From positions 62,001-125,741 of IMG/VR virus record IMGVR_UViG_3300025669_002088: a DNA stretch of 63,741 bases. One strand, given 5' to 3'. Below the pieces are notes generated by a model. It worked only from the letters and a program-made list of their open reading frames with translations. It was not told the origin of the DNA and searched no databases. Made by a program: the position numbers and the translations under genes. The stretch comes from an uncultured virus (IMG/VR IMGVR_UViG_3300025669_002088) (Duplodnaviria; Heunggongvirae; Uroviricota; Caudoviricetes). Positions within the stretch are counted from its first letter, which is position 1, and every line of letters begins with the position of its first letter. Below are positions 38,971-48,200 of this stretch, piece by piece.

Positions 38971-39590
38971 GCCTGTCTCCTTGCTACAACCAACGACTCC
39001 CAGGCCGGACGAAGAGATGTACCGTAACCGTCAAAGGTCCGGGCTATATCGCTCCGAGCAACCGTGACTGGAACGTCCCCCTGGTGGTAGTTGTTCCAAC
39101 GCTCCCAATAGGCTGCTCCCCCGTGTAATCCCTCATTCTCTTTCGTCCGACCCGCAGAAATGACCCGACGGTTGTGGCCTACGACAGGACGAGTTTTTTC
39201 GCTGACAGCCAGAGCCACCGAGTTGCTTTTTCCCGTCAACACCTCTGAGTCTACAGCCTTGGAGACACTCAGTGATTTGGGGAAACCGCTACCATATAGC
39301 CAGGCCTCCACATGTAGGATCTCAAAGGACTGAAAGGACATCGCAACTATCAAATGATGCATCAGCTTAGGGGCAGTGAACACCTTGATGAGACCCCCCG
39401 GTTGGAGCACCCTAAATGCCTCCCCTAACCACTGTGAGTGCCATCCCTGTGTCCCGTCTCGGAAGTGATCCCACTCCTGATTCAAAAAACCAAGGCCGTA
39501 AGGTGGATCACAGACCACAACCCCCACAGACTCGTCAGGAAGCTCCTGCATCAGAGTAACGCAGTCCCCGAGTTGGTATTGGATGATCAC
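38961..39590 (-). CDS. Split MTase catalytic module N5
   Basis: GTGA-coupled start; CDPPYG, YGSGFPKS, GTSLRPAWE. Confidence 0.88.
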   Translation of the reverse strand: MIIQYQLGDCVTLMQELPDESVGVVVCDPPYGLGFLNQEWDHFRDGTQGWHSQWLGEAFRVLQPGGLIKVFTAPKLMHHLIVAMSFQSFEILHVEAWLYGSGFPKSLSVSKAVDSEVLTGKSNSVALAVSEKTRPVVGHNRRVISAGRTKENEGLHGGAAYWERWNNYHQGDVPVTVARSDIARTFDGYGTSLRPAWESLVVARRQACL

Positions 39591-40258
39591 AGCGGTTTTC
39601 TCCCTACCAGGAAGGGTTCCCACGCAGGCTTGAGCGCTGTGTTGTACCCAGCATAGCTCTGGGCCTGGGGGGAGGTCGGGGCCGTGATGTCCCACTGCTG
39701 ACCGACAGTGTCTTCCTGCTCCCACCACATCGGCTGGGGACAGCGACCTTTGCGTTGCCCTACCGCCACTACAGTGCGCTCAACCCCAAGATGCTTATCC
39801 AAGGCACGGGGCACGTCGAGGCCCTTCGGGAAACCTGAACCATAGTCCCAGATCTCCAGACGGAGGATCTCCAATCCAGCCTCGGTCATCGCTCCAGCGA
39901 GCCTGTGGAAGGTCCGGGTGGCACTGAATATCTTGGCGATCCCTCCTGGCTGAAGGATGCGGTGGACTTGCTGGAGCCACTGAAGGTGCCACGCCTGCAT
40001 CGCCCGCTGGGAATCCAACGTCAGATCCAACGCAGGTTTGCCCGCATGGATGCCGTGATTCATCCCCCTCGTAGAACGAGAGGTGGAGGACTCGGATGTG
40101 TTCGGACGGGAAGCGCTCCCCCGCATGTCTAACTTGTCCCAGTCCTCACCCATGAACTCCAGCCCATAAGGAGGATCGCTGACCACCGCCCCGATGGAGC
40201 AATCTGGGAGGGTCTTCATCCGCTCTACACAGTCCCCCAGTTGAAGCTGTACGATCAT
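39587..40258 (-). CDS. Split MTase catalytic module N4
   Basis: ATGA-coupled start; SDPPYG, YGSGFPK, TALKPAWEP. Confidence 0.88.
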   Translation of the reverse strand: MIVQLQLGDCVERMKTLPDCSIGAVVSDPPYGLEFMGEDWDKLDMRGSASRPNTSESSTSRSTRGMNHGIHAGKPALDLTLDSQRAMQAWHLQWLQQVHRILQPGGIAKIFSATRTFHRLAGAMTEAGLEILRLEIWDYGSGFPKGLDVPRALDKHLGVERTVVAVGQRKGRCPQPMWWEQEDTVGQQWDITAPTSPQAQSYAGYNTALKPAWEPFLVGRKPL

Positions 40259-40443
40259 GAGGAGTATCCGTCGTTTGCCCAGCCGCCGCCTGCCAGCTTG
40301 AAGGTGGACTGGGAGACCTTCTTCTGGACCTGGTCCCCCCCGCACTTGGGACAGGGAAGGGTCGGGTCGTCTACTTTGACAAGCTGTTCAAAATCATGCT
40401 CGCAATCAGGGCAGCTATATTCGTACATTGGCATGGGAATCAC
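40255..40443 (-). CDS. FmdB-family zinc ribbon protein
   Basis: MPMYEYSCPDC...FE...CPKCGG...FKLAGGGW. Confidence 0.85.
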   Translation of the reverse strand: MIPMPMYEYSCPDCEHDFEQLVKVDDPTLPCPKCGGDQVQKKVSQSTFKLAGGGWANDGYSS

Positions 40444-40879
40444 TCACCTGTTTGAAAAACCGAGCCACCGAGCCTGTGTCCCCTACTCGGGCGTTTGCGC
40501 CGAAACCATTGAACAACCAATCGGGATGCTGACTCAAACCGTACTGAGGTGCCCTTTGGCTTCCTGCACTGTGAGCACCCACAAGCGCCCCCTGGTGGGA
40601 CATCTCAGGCACGGGACAATCCCCCTCACAGTCTACTCCGCAGCCAGGTGCATGGGAGAGGATCAGGTTAGCAGGCCAGCGGCCCGTGAAGGTCTCGGGG
40701 TGGTAGGAGTGCCCGGCACCCCCGCCGAAGGGCTTAGAGCCGTCATCCCACCTGTTGACCGTAATCGGTTCCGAGCCGACCCGACAAGCATCGATGTTCA
40801 AAGCGCCTGTGCCCCATCGTTGCACGTTGGTGGCAACGGAACCTTCTAAAGGCTTCCTGGCGACGGTGATCACGATCAT
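40415..40879 (-). CDS. Split MTase middle module M3
   Basis: ATGA-coupled start MIVITVARKPL; GRWPANL; ARFFKQV. Confidence 0.85.
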   Translation of the reverse strand: MIVITVARKPLEGSVATNVQRWGTGALNIDACRVGSEPITVNRWDDGSKPFGGGAGHSYHPETFTGRWPANLILSHAPGCGVDCEGDCPVPEMSHQGALVGAHSAGSQRAPQYGLSQHPDWLFNGFGANARVGDTGSVARFFKQVSDSHANVRI

Positions 40880-41328
40880 CGCTTCACCTGTTTGAAGAAC
40901 CGAGCCGCAGAGCCTGTATCCCCTATGCGGGCATTTGCACCGAAACCATTGAACAACCAATCGGGATGCTGACTCGGACCATATTGCGGAGCCTTCTGAC
41001 TTCCTGCACTGTGGCTTCCCACAAGGTCTCCCTGGCGAGCCATCTCGGACACGGGACAACCTCCTTCACAGTCTACTCCGCAACCGGGTGCATGGGAGAG
41101 GATCAAGTTAGAAGGCCAACGTCCCAACTGTGATGGTTGAGACATCCTGCCGTTTCTACCGTCTGCGTCAAAGGGAGCATTTCCAGCCGCTCTGTTCCAT
41201 TGTGGGACGGAGGGTGGAACACCAGTAACTCGACAACCGTCGATGTTCAGCCCCCCGGCACTCCATGTGAGAACCGTAGCAACAACTGTCCCGTCCAGGG
41301 GCTTCCTGGCGACTGTGATGATGATCAC
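40876..41328 (-). CDS. Split MTase middle module M2
   Basis: GTGA-coupled start; VARKPL, GRWPSNL, ARFFKQV. Confidence 0.85.
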   Translation of the reverse strand: MIIITVARKPLDGTVVATVLTWSAGGLNIDGCRVTGVPPSVPQWNRAAGNAPFDADGRNGRMSQPSQLGRWPSNLILSHAPGCGVDCEGGCPVSEMARQGDLVGSHSAGSQKAPQYGPSQHPDWLFNGFGANARIGDTGSAARFFKQVKR

Positions 41329-42092
41329 GCCCGCCTCCCCACCACGAAAGGCTCCCAACAGGACTTGAGGGCAGTTCCGTAGCCCCAGAAGCGGAGACCC
41401 TCAGGAGACGCTGGGACCGTCACGGGCACGTCAGTGGCCTTTTGGTGCGCCCCTACCACCCCCCGTGCGATCCCACCGAAACCGAGACTGTCTAGTGCCA
41501 TGACGCCCCTTTTGTGCCCTATGACCTTCCGCTGGTCAAAGACCCCCTTGGTCATGTCAATGGCCCTGGAAATGTTGTGGTTCTTGGGGAACCCTGAGCC
41601 ATACACCCAAGCCTCCAAGCGGAGCACCTCGAACCCGGCATTGGTCATCGCTGTCGCCAGCCTGTGGAACAGCCGGGGGCTGCTGAATGCCTTAATGAGC
41701 CCACCGGGCCGCAGGACACGAAGAGCCTCAGACAACCAGCCCTCATGCCACTGTTGGATGGTCCTGTTCTGGATCGCTTTGAAGTTAGGAAGGTCGGGAA
41801 TGGCACACTGGCACTTCCGCTTCTCCTGATCCCAAAGCCAGCGGTTACAGGTCCGACACTTGAGGTTGGCGCTGGCCCCATAGTTGGGTCGCCCAGCGTT
41901 GGGTCCGGTGCCGGTGGAGAACCCGCTGTTGCTCATCTGCCCAACGTGGCTGTCGCCCGTGTCGAGCTTGTCCCACTGCATCCCCATGAACTCCAGCCCA
42001 TAGGGAGGATCACTGACGATGGAGCCTACGGACCCCTCGGACATTGACTTCATCAGGGCAACACAGTCCCCAAGTTGAAACTGGGTTATCAT
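41325..42092 (-). CDS. Split MTase catalytic module N3
   Basis: SDPPYG, YGSGFPK, GTALKSCWEP. Confidence 0.88.
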   Translation of the reverse strand: MITQFQLGDCVALMKSMSEGSVGSIVSDPPYGLEFMGMQWDKLDTGDSHVGQMSNSGFSTGTGPNAGRPNYGASANLKCRTCNRWLWDQEKRKCQCAIPDLPNFKAIQNRTIQQWHEGWLSEALRVLRPGGLIKAFSSPRLFHRLATAMTNAGFEVLRLEAWVYGSGFPKNHNISRAIDMTKGVFDQRKVIGHKRGVMALDSLGFGGIARGVVGAHQKATDVPVTVPASPEGLRFWGYGTALKSCWEPFVVGRRA

Positions 42093-42520
42093 CTCGTTAC
42101 CTGTTTGAAGAACCTGGATGCCCCACCGACGTCACCCGCATAGTTCGTGGCACTCCCGGTACACCAGCCAACGACCCCCAGCCCAACGACCAACTTGTTG
42201 GCGTTTGACCCGCCGTTCTTCGTAACGCCACTCTGATTGTTTAACTCCCTGACGGAGCAATCTCCCTGGAGGATGAAGTTAGAGGGCCACCTTCCGGCAA
42301 CATGTGAGGTGTACCGTTCCCCAACCGATCTCATCACCACTGGACCCTGCCAGTCATAGTCAACAGAGGTACCTCCGCTACGACTGTCTATAACTGCCCG
42401 TTCTGTGTCCCCAATTTCCAGTCTACAAGCATCGATGTTCAAAGCGCCTGTGCCCCATCGTTGCACGTTAGTGGCAACGGAACCTTCTAAAGGCTTCCTG
42501 GCGACGGTGATCACGATCAT
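42089..42520 (-). CDS. Split MTase middle module M1
   Basis: MIVITVARKPL, GRWPSN, GGASRFFKQV. Confidence 0.85.
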   Translation of the reverse strand: MIVITVARKPLEGSVATNVQRWGTGALNIDACRLEIGDTERAVIDSRSGGTSVDYDWQGPVVMRSVGERYTSHVAGRWPSNFILQGDCSVRELNNQSGVTKNGGSNANKLVVGLGVVGWCTGSATNYAGDVGGASRFFKQVTR

Positions 42521-43137
42521 TTTCGCCCCACCAGGAAGGGCTCCCACGCTGGTTTCAGCGTTGTTCCATATCCCTTATATTTCTTGGCGCTGTCCGAGGC
42601 AGGCTCCGTGATAGGGACCACAGAACGATCAGTCAGGTCATCCGGGTTGTTCCAGTTGTAACACCCGGAGCCGGTGTTCCCATGACCCTTGCGGGTGGAG
42701 AGAACCTCCCGTTCAGCACCAAGCGACTTGTCCAGGGCCTTGGCGACATCCAGGCTCTTCGGGAAACCCGAACCATAAACCCAGGCTTCCAGGCGTTCGA
42801 TCTCGAACCCTGCCTGAACCATCGCCGCACCCATCCGGTGGTATTTTCGTGTGCCACCGAAAACCTTGATGAGGCCCCCTGGTTGCAAGACACGATGGCA
42901 CTCACGCAACCAGATCGTTGCCCACTCCTGAAAGGCACGGCTGTCGGAGGCACACCCCGTGTATTCCTCAGTGTTCTCCGGTTCCATGCCCACTTCTTTC
43001 CAGGGGGCATCCCAGCTCTTCCCCATGAATTCCAGTCCGTAGGGAGGATCGCAGATGACGGCTCCGATGCACCCCTCCGGGAGATCCCGCATCAATCGGG
43101 CGCTGTCTCCGAGTTGTAACTGAAGGAGTTTTCTCAT
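42517..43137 (-). CDS. Split MTase catalytic module N2
   Basis: ATGA-coupled start MRKLLQLQLGD; CDPPYG; GTTLKPAWEP. Confidence 0.88.
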   Translation of the reverse strand: MRKLLQLQLGDSARLMRDLPEGCIGAVICDPPYGLEFMGKSWDAPWKEVGMEPENTEEYTGCASDSRAFQEWATIWLRECHRVLQPGGLIKVFGGTRKYHRMGAAMVQAGFEIERLEAWVYGSGFPKSLDVAKALDKSLGAEREVLSTRKGHGNTGSGCYNWNNPDDLTDRSVVPITEPASDSAKKYKGYGTTLKPAWEPFLVGRK

Positions 43138-43856
43138 ACCAATGCCTTCCTCCCTACTAGGAAAGGTTCCCAGCAGGACTTCAATGCTGTGCCATATCCG
43201 TCGCACAGGACGGGACTGTCATCAGGGAGACCCAACCGTTTCCGCATGGACCGCCCAACATCCAGGGACTTGGGCCAGCCTGAACCATAGGTCCAGGCAT
43301 CGATCCGTAGGATCTCAAACCCGGCCTCTCCCATCGCCCAAGCCAGCCTGTGGAACGTTCTCGTTCCGCTGAAAATCTTAGCAATCCCACCTGGCTGGAG
43401 TACTCGCAGGGCGCTCTTCAACCAGAGAGTGTGCCACAGACCAATGGCCAGGAGATGATCCTGCATCCCACCACCTGTCACACCATCTGGGGTGTCCTCA
43501 GGCAGCTTGCGCCGCTTCCCAATAGGCTTCCAATGATCGTGGGGTCTCTCACAGGGACATTTGCGCCGTGTCCCCCGCTCCATCCCACCACACACTGAAC
43601 ACGTTCTGTTGGGAGTGCTGTACCGAGAGGTGGATGAATACTTGGGTAACCGAAGGGCACCATCGCCTTCTTTGAACCCCTTGAAGTTCCTGATGGACTT
43701 GGGGACTTTGTCTCCAAGTTTCTCCCAGTCAAGGGCCATGAACTCCAAGCCGTAAGGTGGGTCACAAACGATGGCCCCCACGGAACCCTCCGGGAGAGCA
43801 TCCATCAGCACTGTGCAGTCCCCAAGTTGAAGCTGTGTGCAACTGTAAGCGCCCAC
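43134..43856 (-). CDS. Split MTase catalytic module N1
   Basis: CDPPYG, YGSGWPKS, GTALKSCWEP. Confidence 0.88.
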   Translation of the reverse strand: MGAYSCTQLQLGDCTVLMDALPEGSVGAIVCDPPYGLEFMALDWEKLGDKVPKSIRNFKGFKEGDGALRLPKYSSTSRYSTPNRTCSVCGGMERGTRRKCPCERPHDHWKPIGKRRKLPEDTPDGVTGGGMQDHLLAIGLWHTLWLKSALRVLQPGGIAKIFSGTRTFHRLAWAMGEAGFEILRIDAWTYGSGWPKSLDVGRSMRKRLGLPDDSPVLCDGYGTALKSCWEPFLVGRKALV

Positions 43857-43865
43857 AATGTCCCC

Positions 43866-45215
43866 CTAGAAAAACACATCGAGTTCAGGCTCTTCCTGAG
43901 GCTCTTCCGTGACCAACAGGGTGGTGCCCACGTCCGAAATGATGATGGGACGACTTCCCTCGTCACCGAGAAGGGTTGCGGAACCCTTCTTCGCTCCGAG
44001 CCTGCTGCGCCACAGTTCGGCCCGAGCGGTGGCGATCTCCAAATAGGGTTCCTCCCGCTCCATCCCCCTGAAATTGTGGCCTGTCTCCATGCACGCCAGC
44101 CCTGTGGACCCGGAACCCAGGAAGGGATCGAGGACCATATAGGGGTCCAGCACGTCCGACGCCTTAGTGTCCACCGTGGGGGTAGGCACCTCGAAATCCT
44201 CAGGGGTCTTGGGCACGTCATGGAGGATTTTTACCATTAAATCAACGGGTTTTACCGTTGGATGAAAGTTCCGAATTCTGCTGTTACCGTGCCCGGCCCC
44301 CGCCGCACCGTGAGCGGTTCCAGCGTCCCCCTCCTTCCGACCTACGGCCTCCGCTCCGCTCTTCCCACCCAGGGCATCACAGCCCAGTTCCCGCTCGCCC
44401 CTGTCGGCCTTGGGAACGTAGTGGAAAGGATGACAAGGTGGTGTGCTCGCTGAGGGAAGCTTCGCCAACTCATCCAACGGCAGGGCAATGGCAATGGCGT
44501 CCCTGATCTCGAACCCGGAATCCTCTACACTGCAAGCACCCGTCGATCCCCACGGTTCTGCATCAGGAGCGATAAGCAGGAGATGTGCCCCAGGTTTCAA
44601 GACTCGGTGCAACTCCTTCGACTGCTCATCGGTGGGCGTCCCCCGTGTGATCAACCCGCACAGCGAGTTGTCTGGGCGCTTGGCCCATTCAGCCCACTTG
44701 ATAAGCGCTAAGTCCTCAAGATAAAGGGCCTTCTCGTCCGGCGGGGAGATCAAGGTCAACAAATAGCTGATCAGATCATCCGGGGGTGTCCACCCTTCCG
44801 AAGCATATGGGGGGAGTTCTACTTCTGCGGTGGACTCAGGAGTAGACCAATCGAAGTCCCGCTTCTCCTCTGGAGGCGTCCAACCCGTTGCCTGAACGGG
44901 AGGTACAGGGTCGATCAAGTCCTCGATACCCCATGGCTCCGTCTGCGGCGGCAAACAGGTACCCAGCAGATCCTCCTTGGATTCGTATCCTGTTGCAACA
45001 GCAGGAGTCGGAGCCTTTACTGGAGTCTCCTCCAGGATCTCAACAGGAGTTTCCACAGGAGTCTCGATCGGGGTCTCCTCAGGGGGGAGTTCTACTTCTG
45101 CGGTGGACTCAGGGGTAACTAACAGACACTCCTGTGATGTTTCCACCGAGGTCTTGACCGAAGTCTCCGCTGGGGTGTCCGTCTCGGGGGTAAGGAAGTC
45201 AAAAAGGTCTTTCAT
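43866..45215 (-). CDS. MTase SAM-binding module with a degenerate catalytic half and an acidic N-terminal tail
   Basis: HPTVKP, VLDPFLGSGSTG and GMERE are intact; ITRGTP replaces VTDPPY. Confidence 0.85.
   Translation of the reverse strand: MKDLFDFLTPETDTPAETSVKTSVETSQECLLVTPESTAEVELPPEETPIETPVETPVEILEETPVKAPTPAVATGYESKEDLLGTCLPPQTEPWGIEDLIDPVPPVQATGWTPPEEKRDFDWSTPESTAEVELPPYASEGWTPPDDLISYLLTLISPPDEKALYLEDLALIKWAEWAKRPDNSLCGLITRGTPTDEQSKELHRVLKPGAHLLLIAPDAEPWGSTGACSVEDSGFEIRDAIAIALPLDELAKLPSASTPPCHPFHYVPKADRGERELGCDALGGKSGAEAVGRKEGDAGTAHGAAGAGHGNSRIRNFHPTVKPVDLMVKILHDVPKTPEDFEVPTPTVDTKASDVLDPYMVLDPFLGSGSTGLACMETGHNFRGMEREEPYLEIATARAELWRSRLGAKKGSATLLGDEGSRPIIISDVGTTLLVTEEPQEEPELDVFF
44809..45113. 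repeat. 32-bp exact direct repeat (44809-44840 and 45082-45113) encoding PESTAEVELPP
   Basis: ggggggagttctacttctgcggtggactcagg occurs twice. Confidence 0.85.
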
Positions 45216-45226
45216 TGTAGTCCTCG

Positions 45227-48200
45227 TCAGTCCAGTTTCTTAATCTTGTCCAATTGATTCCCTACCGATTCCTGCTGCTGCGCTGACATAACCGGATCGC
45301 TGCTTGTGAGAAGTCTCCGGCATGGCCACTCTACCCGTGCGTTGAACATCTCGAAGGGCTTTTGGTCACGAGATTTGAGGCATTGGAACTGCACCCGGTT
45401 AGCCTTTGACAGTTCCTCATCGATCCAAGATGCCGTCACCACATCAGCGGAACGCTCACAGTTGTGGGAGAGCAACGGCCCCGTCTGGTACTCGTGATCC
45501 CCCCCTACCTCCAGGTCATACACAGGGGCAATCTCCCCCGTAGGATCACACGCAACAACCTGTAGCACATGCCAGTTGTCCAACATCTGTTGGAGGAAGG
45601 TTGCATCCTCATCCTGAACACCTCTACGGTGTAACACGTCCAGGACGTACCGCACGGTGTCCTCAGGAACGACACCCCTTTGTTTCACACGATGCACCTG
45701 ATTGTATAAGGACCGTCGAACAGTCCCATCCTTAACCAAGCGATACGGAAGATGCCTTTTTACGAGTGCCCGGAACATCTTCGGGAAGGGGTAGACCTGA
45801 TCCGAACGTTTCCTCTTCGGCACGGTATTCAACCGCTTCATCGCTCGTTCCTGTTTCCAGGGCTCACTGAAACCCACCAATCGAACGAAGGAGCAACAAG
45901 ATTCCCAACCCCTTATCCGCAAAGTCCATACAGTGTAAGATTTATTCGTTACCTCCAGCTTCTGTTGCCGTGACGACAAATGCGAATCTATCCCCATGGC
46001 CTGGAACAACAGTTGGACCTGTCGCAAGAGAGAATCCGTTTTGGAGGAGACTCCGATAATACCCCGATTGTTTATCCAACCATCAGTATCGAAAAGACCT
46101 TTCAGGAAAAAAATGACAGACTGTTGGGATGCTTCTCGCACTATCCGAGGTACTGCAACACATCTTTTTTCCGCCAAGTCCTCGAACCAACGTTTAAAGG
46201 ATGCGTCGTACAACTCCATGTCAAAGGACCCTGGCCGACTGGCATAATGGTAACAGGCGACCTTTTTTGCCCCATGCACCCTTTCCAGCGAGTTTATGAG
46301 CAACCTTTCAATTGTGACTTCCTTTCGATTCTCCGTGAAGGCAACACCATGGGGTCTCACAGAACCATCCCCATGCCAAGCCCCAAGCAGATATGCCAGG
46401 TCATCACTCAGAGATACGGTATTACCCCAAGACTCAGGAAGTACAGGAGTCACCTCTGGGAAGGATCCCCCACGAGAACCAAGCAACCAGTCTCCTGGTT
46501 TCAGGTTTTCCACCTGTTCCCATTCGAGTTGCTCTTCACGGAACACCCGCACACGATGGTCAGCGGTACATTCTAATTTAGAACCTCTGTCGGTTTGAAC
46601 ACACCAGATGGGCCGATCTCCCTGAGGATAGACCCCCAACACATCCTTCCACCCGGTATTGGACCAGACCCGGTCTCCCACCACAGCTTCACGGATAGGA
46701 AAGGCCCCACGGGCAAAGCGTAGTAATGTCAGGGACTTACAACACTCATTGCTATATGACAAATGAGTCAGATCATAGCGGGCCACACCACCCTTATCCT
46801 TGGATTTCATCGCAGAACGATAGCCCTCACGATTGATCTGGAACAGGGCCACTACGGGCAGACCCTGACCCTTGTTAAAGGACATTGCCATCCGCTTGAG
46901 ATCCCGGATCACCTCGTTCAGCCGGTCGGTGGTGCTGGAAACCCACTTGCGTGGGGCCATCAGTCCGGCGTGGTCTACAAAAACAAGGCTGAAGGGATCT
47001 TGGCTGAACAGCAGTTCCGCTTTCTGCCGCATGTCGATCACGGTGAAGTCGCTTTTTTCCGGGTCCGCCACCTCGATGTGGATCCTCCCGTAGTCACAAA
47101 ACCAGGGCTGCCCCGTTTCGGGGTCTTTGGTCTTGATCACGGGGATCCCGTTCATGTCCGGGATCACAAAGTCCTCTAAGAATTTCTCAGCCTCAGGGTG
47201 CCACTCGGCCAGTGTGCCATCTCGAATGTTGACGTAGGGGAGGCCCACGGCGGAGGTGGGATCCTTTTGCAACCCCATCTTGTGTCTGATTGCATCGAAC
47301 TTCCTGTGGAAGGAATGCATCGAGTACAAGAGACGTCGACACTGCTGATAGGGCATCTCCAAGGAGAAGATCAGAGAGTTCCATTTGTACCAGATTGCCT
47401 GATTGTATGCCCAGTTCAACATCAGGGTCGAGTTGTGCACAATGAAGCCGTTAGCCACAAAGTTTGCGGTACCAGGTACGGAGAGGTCATACGTCATCTC
47501 CCCCCCATCAGGAACAATCTCCACCAAACGATCCCAATGGATAGTGCTTTGAACTTTTTTAAGCGCTATCGGATTTGCTGACGCCAAAGCTAAACGAACA
47601 GCGGTGTCACGTTGAATCGCTCCTTTGCGTTTAGCATGTCGAGCATAGTGCCACCCCCCTTGGCGGGTTTTAGCTCTTACCGAGTCATCTATCTCAGAGA
47701 GCAATGCAGGGGGTACCCAATCTGTCCCCTCATTGGAAGAAACTGCTGCAAGAGCTTCTTTAACAAAAGCTCCCTTCCCTGCTATCCTGACATGAGACAG
47801 AAATTGTCTCTTACCCTCATTGGTAGTCACTAACAGAGTCCAATATCTTCGGTACTCCCCCTGATAGAGAACATTGATCGGAGCGATGGTCGAGGACACA
47901 CCCACTCGTTGCAAAAGAGCTTGGATGTCCCAGGCGAGTCGTCTGCTTTTTGTCGTGTAATGTGCTTTCGGTCTAGGACGCCTTCCTCTGCCGGATGTCT
48001 CAGTCCTAACTGTCCCGTCTGCAGCCCATAAAGCAGCTAAAAGCACCCACACCTGTTTGTCCGTCATCTGCCACATTTCGAGGGGGATATGTTTGTCCCC
48101 TGATGTGCAACCCCATAACCCCAATCTTTCTAGTGTCAGTCTAAGAGGAGACGTCCAAGGATGTCTGGGACTGTTACCGGTAGACTTTGAAACCCGGATC

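Noticed and set aside
36077..45215. MTase array as decayed pseudogenes or simple readthrough fusions
   Set aside because: Break points are identical across paralogs, starts are coupled, there are no internal stops, and the order includes N-N and M-M neighbours. N-M junctions are out of frame and repeat the same strand. Occasional frameshift fusion cannot be excluded.
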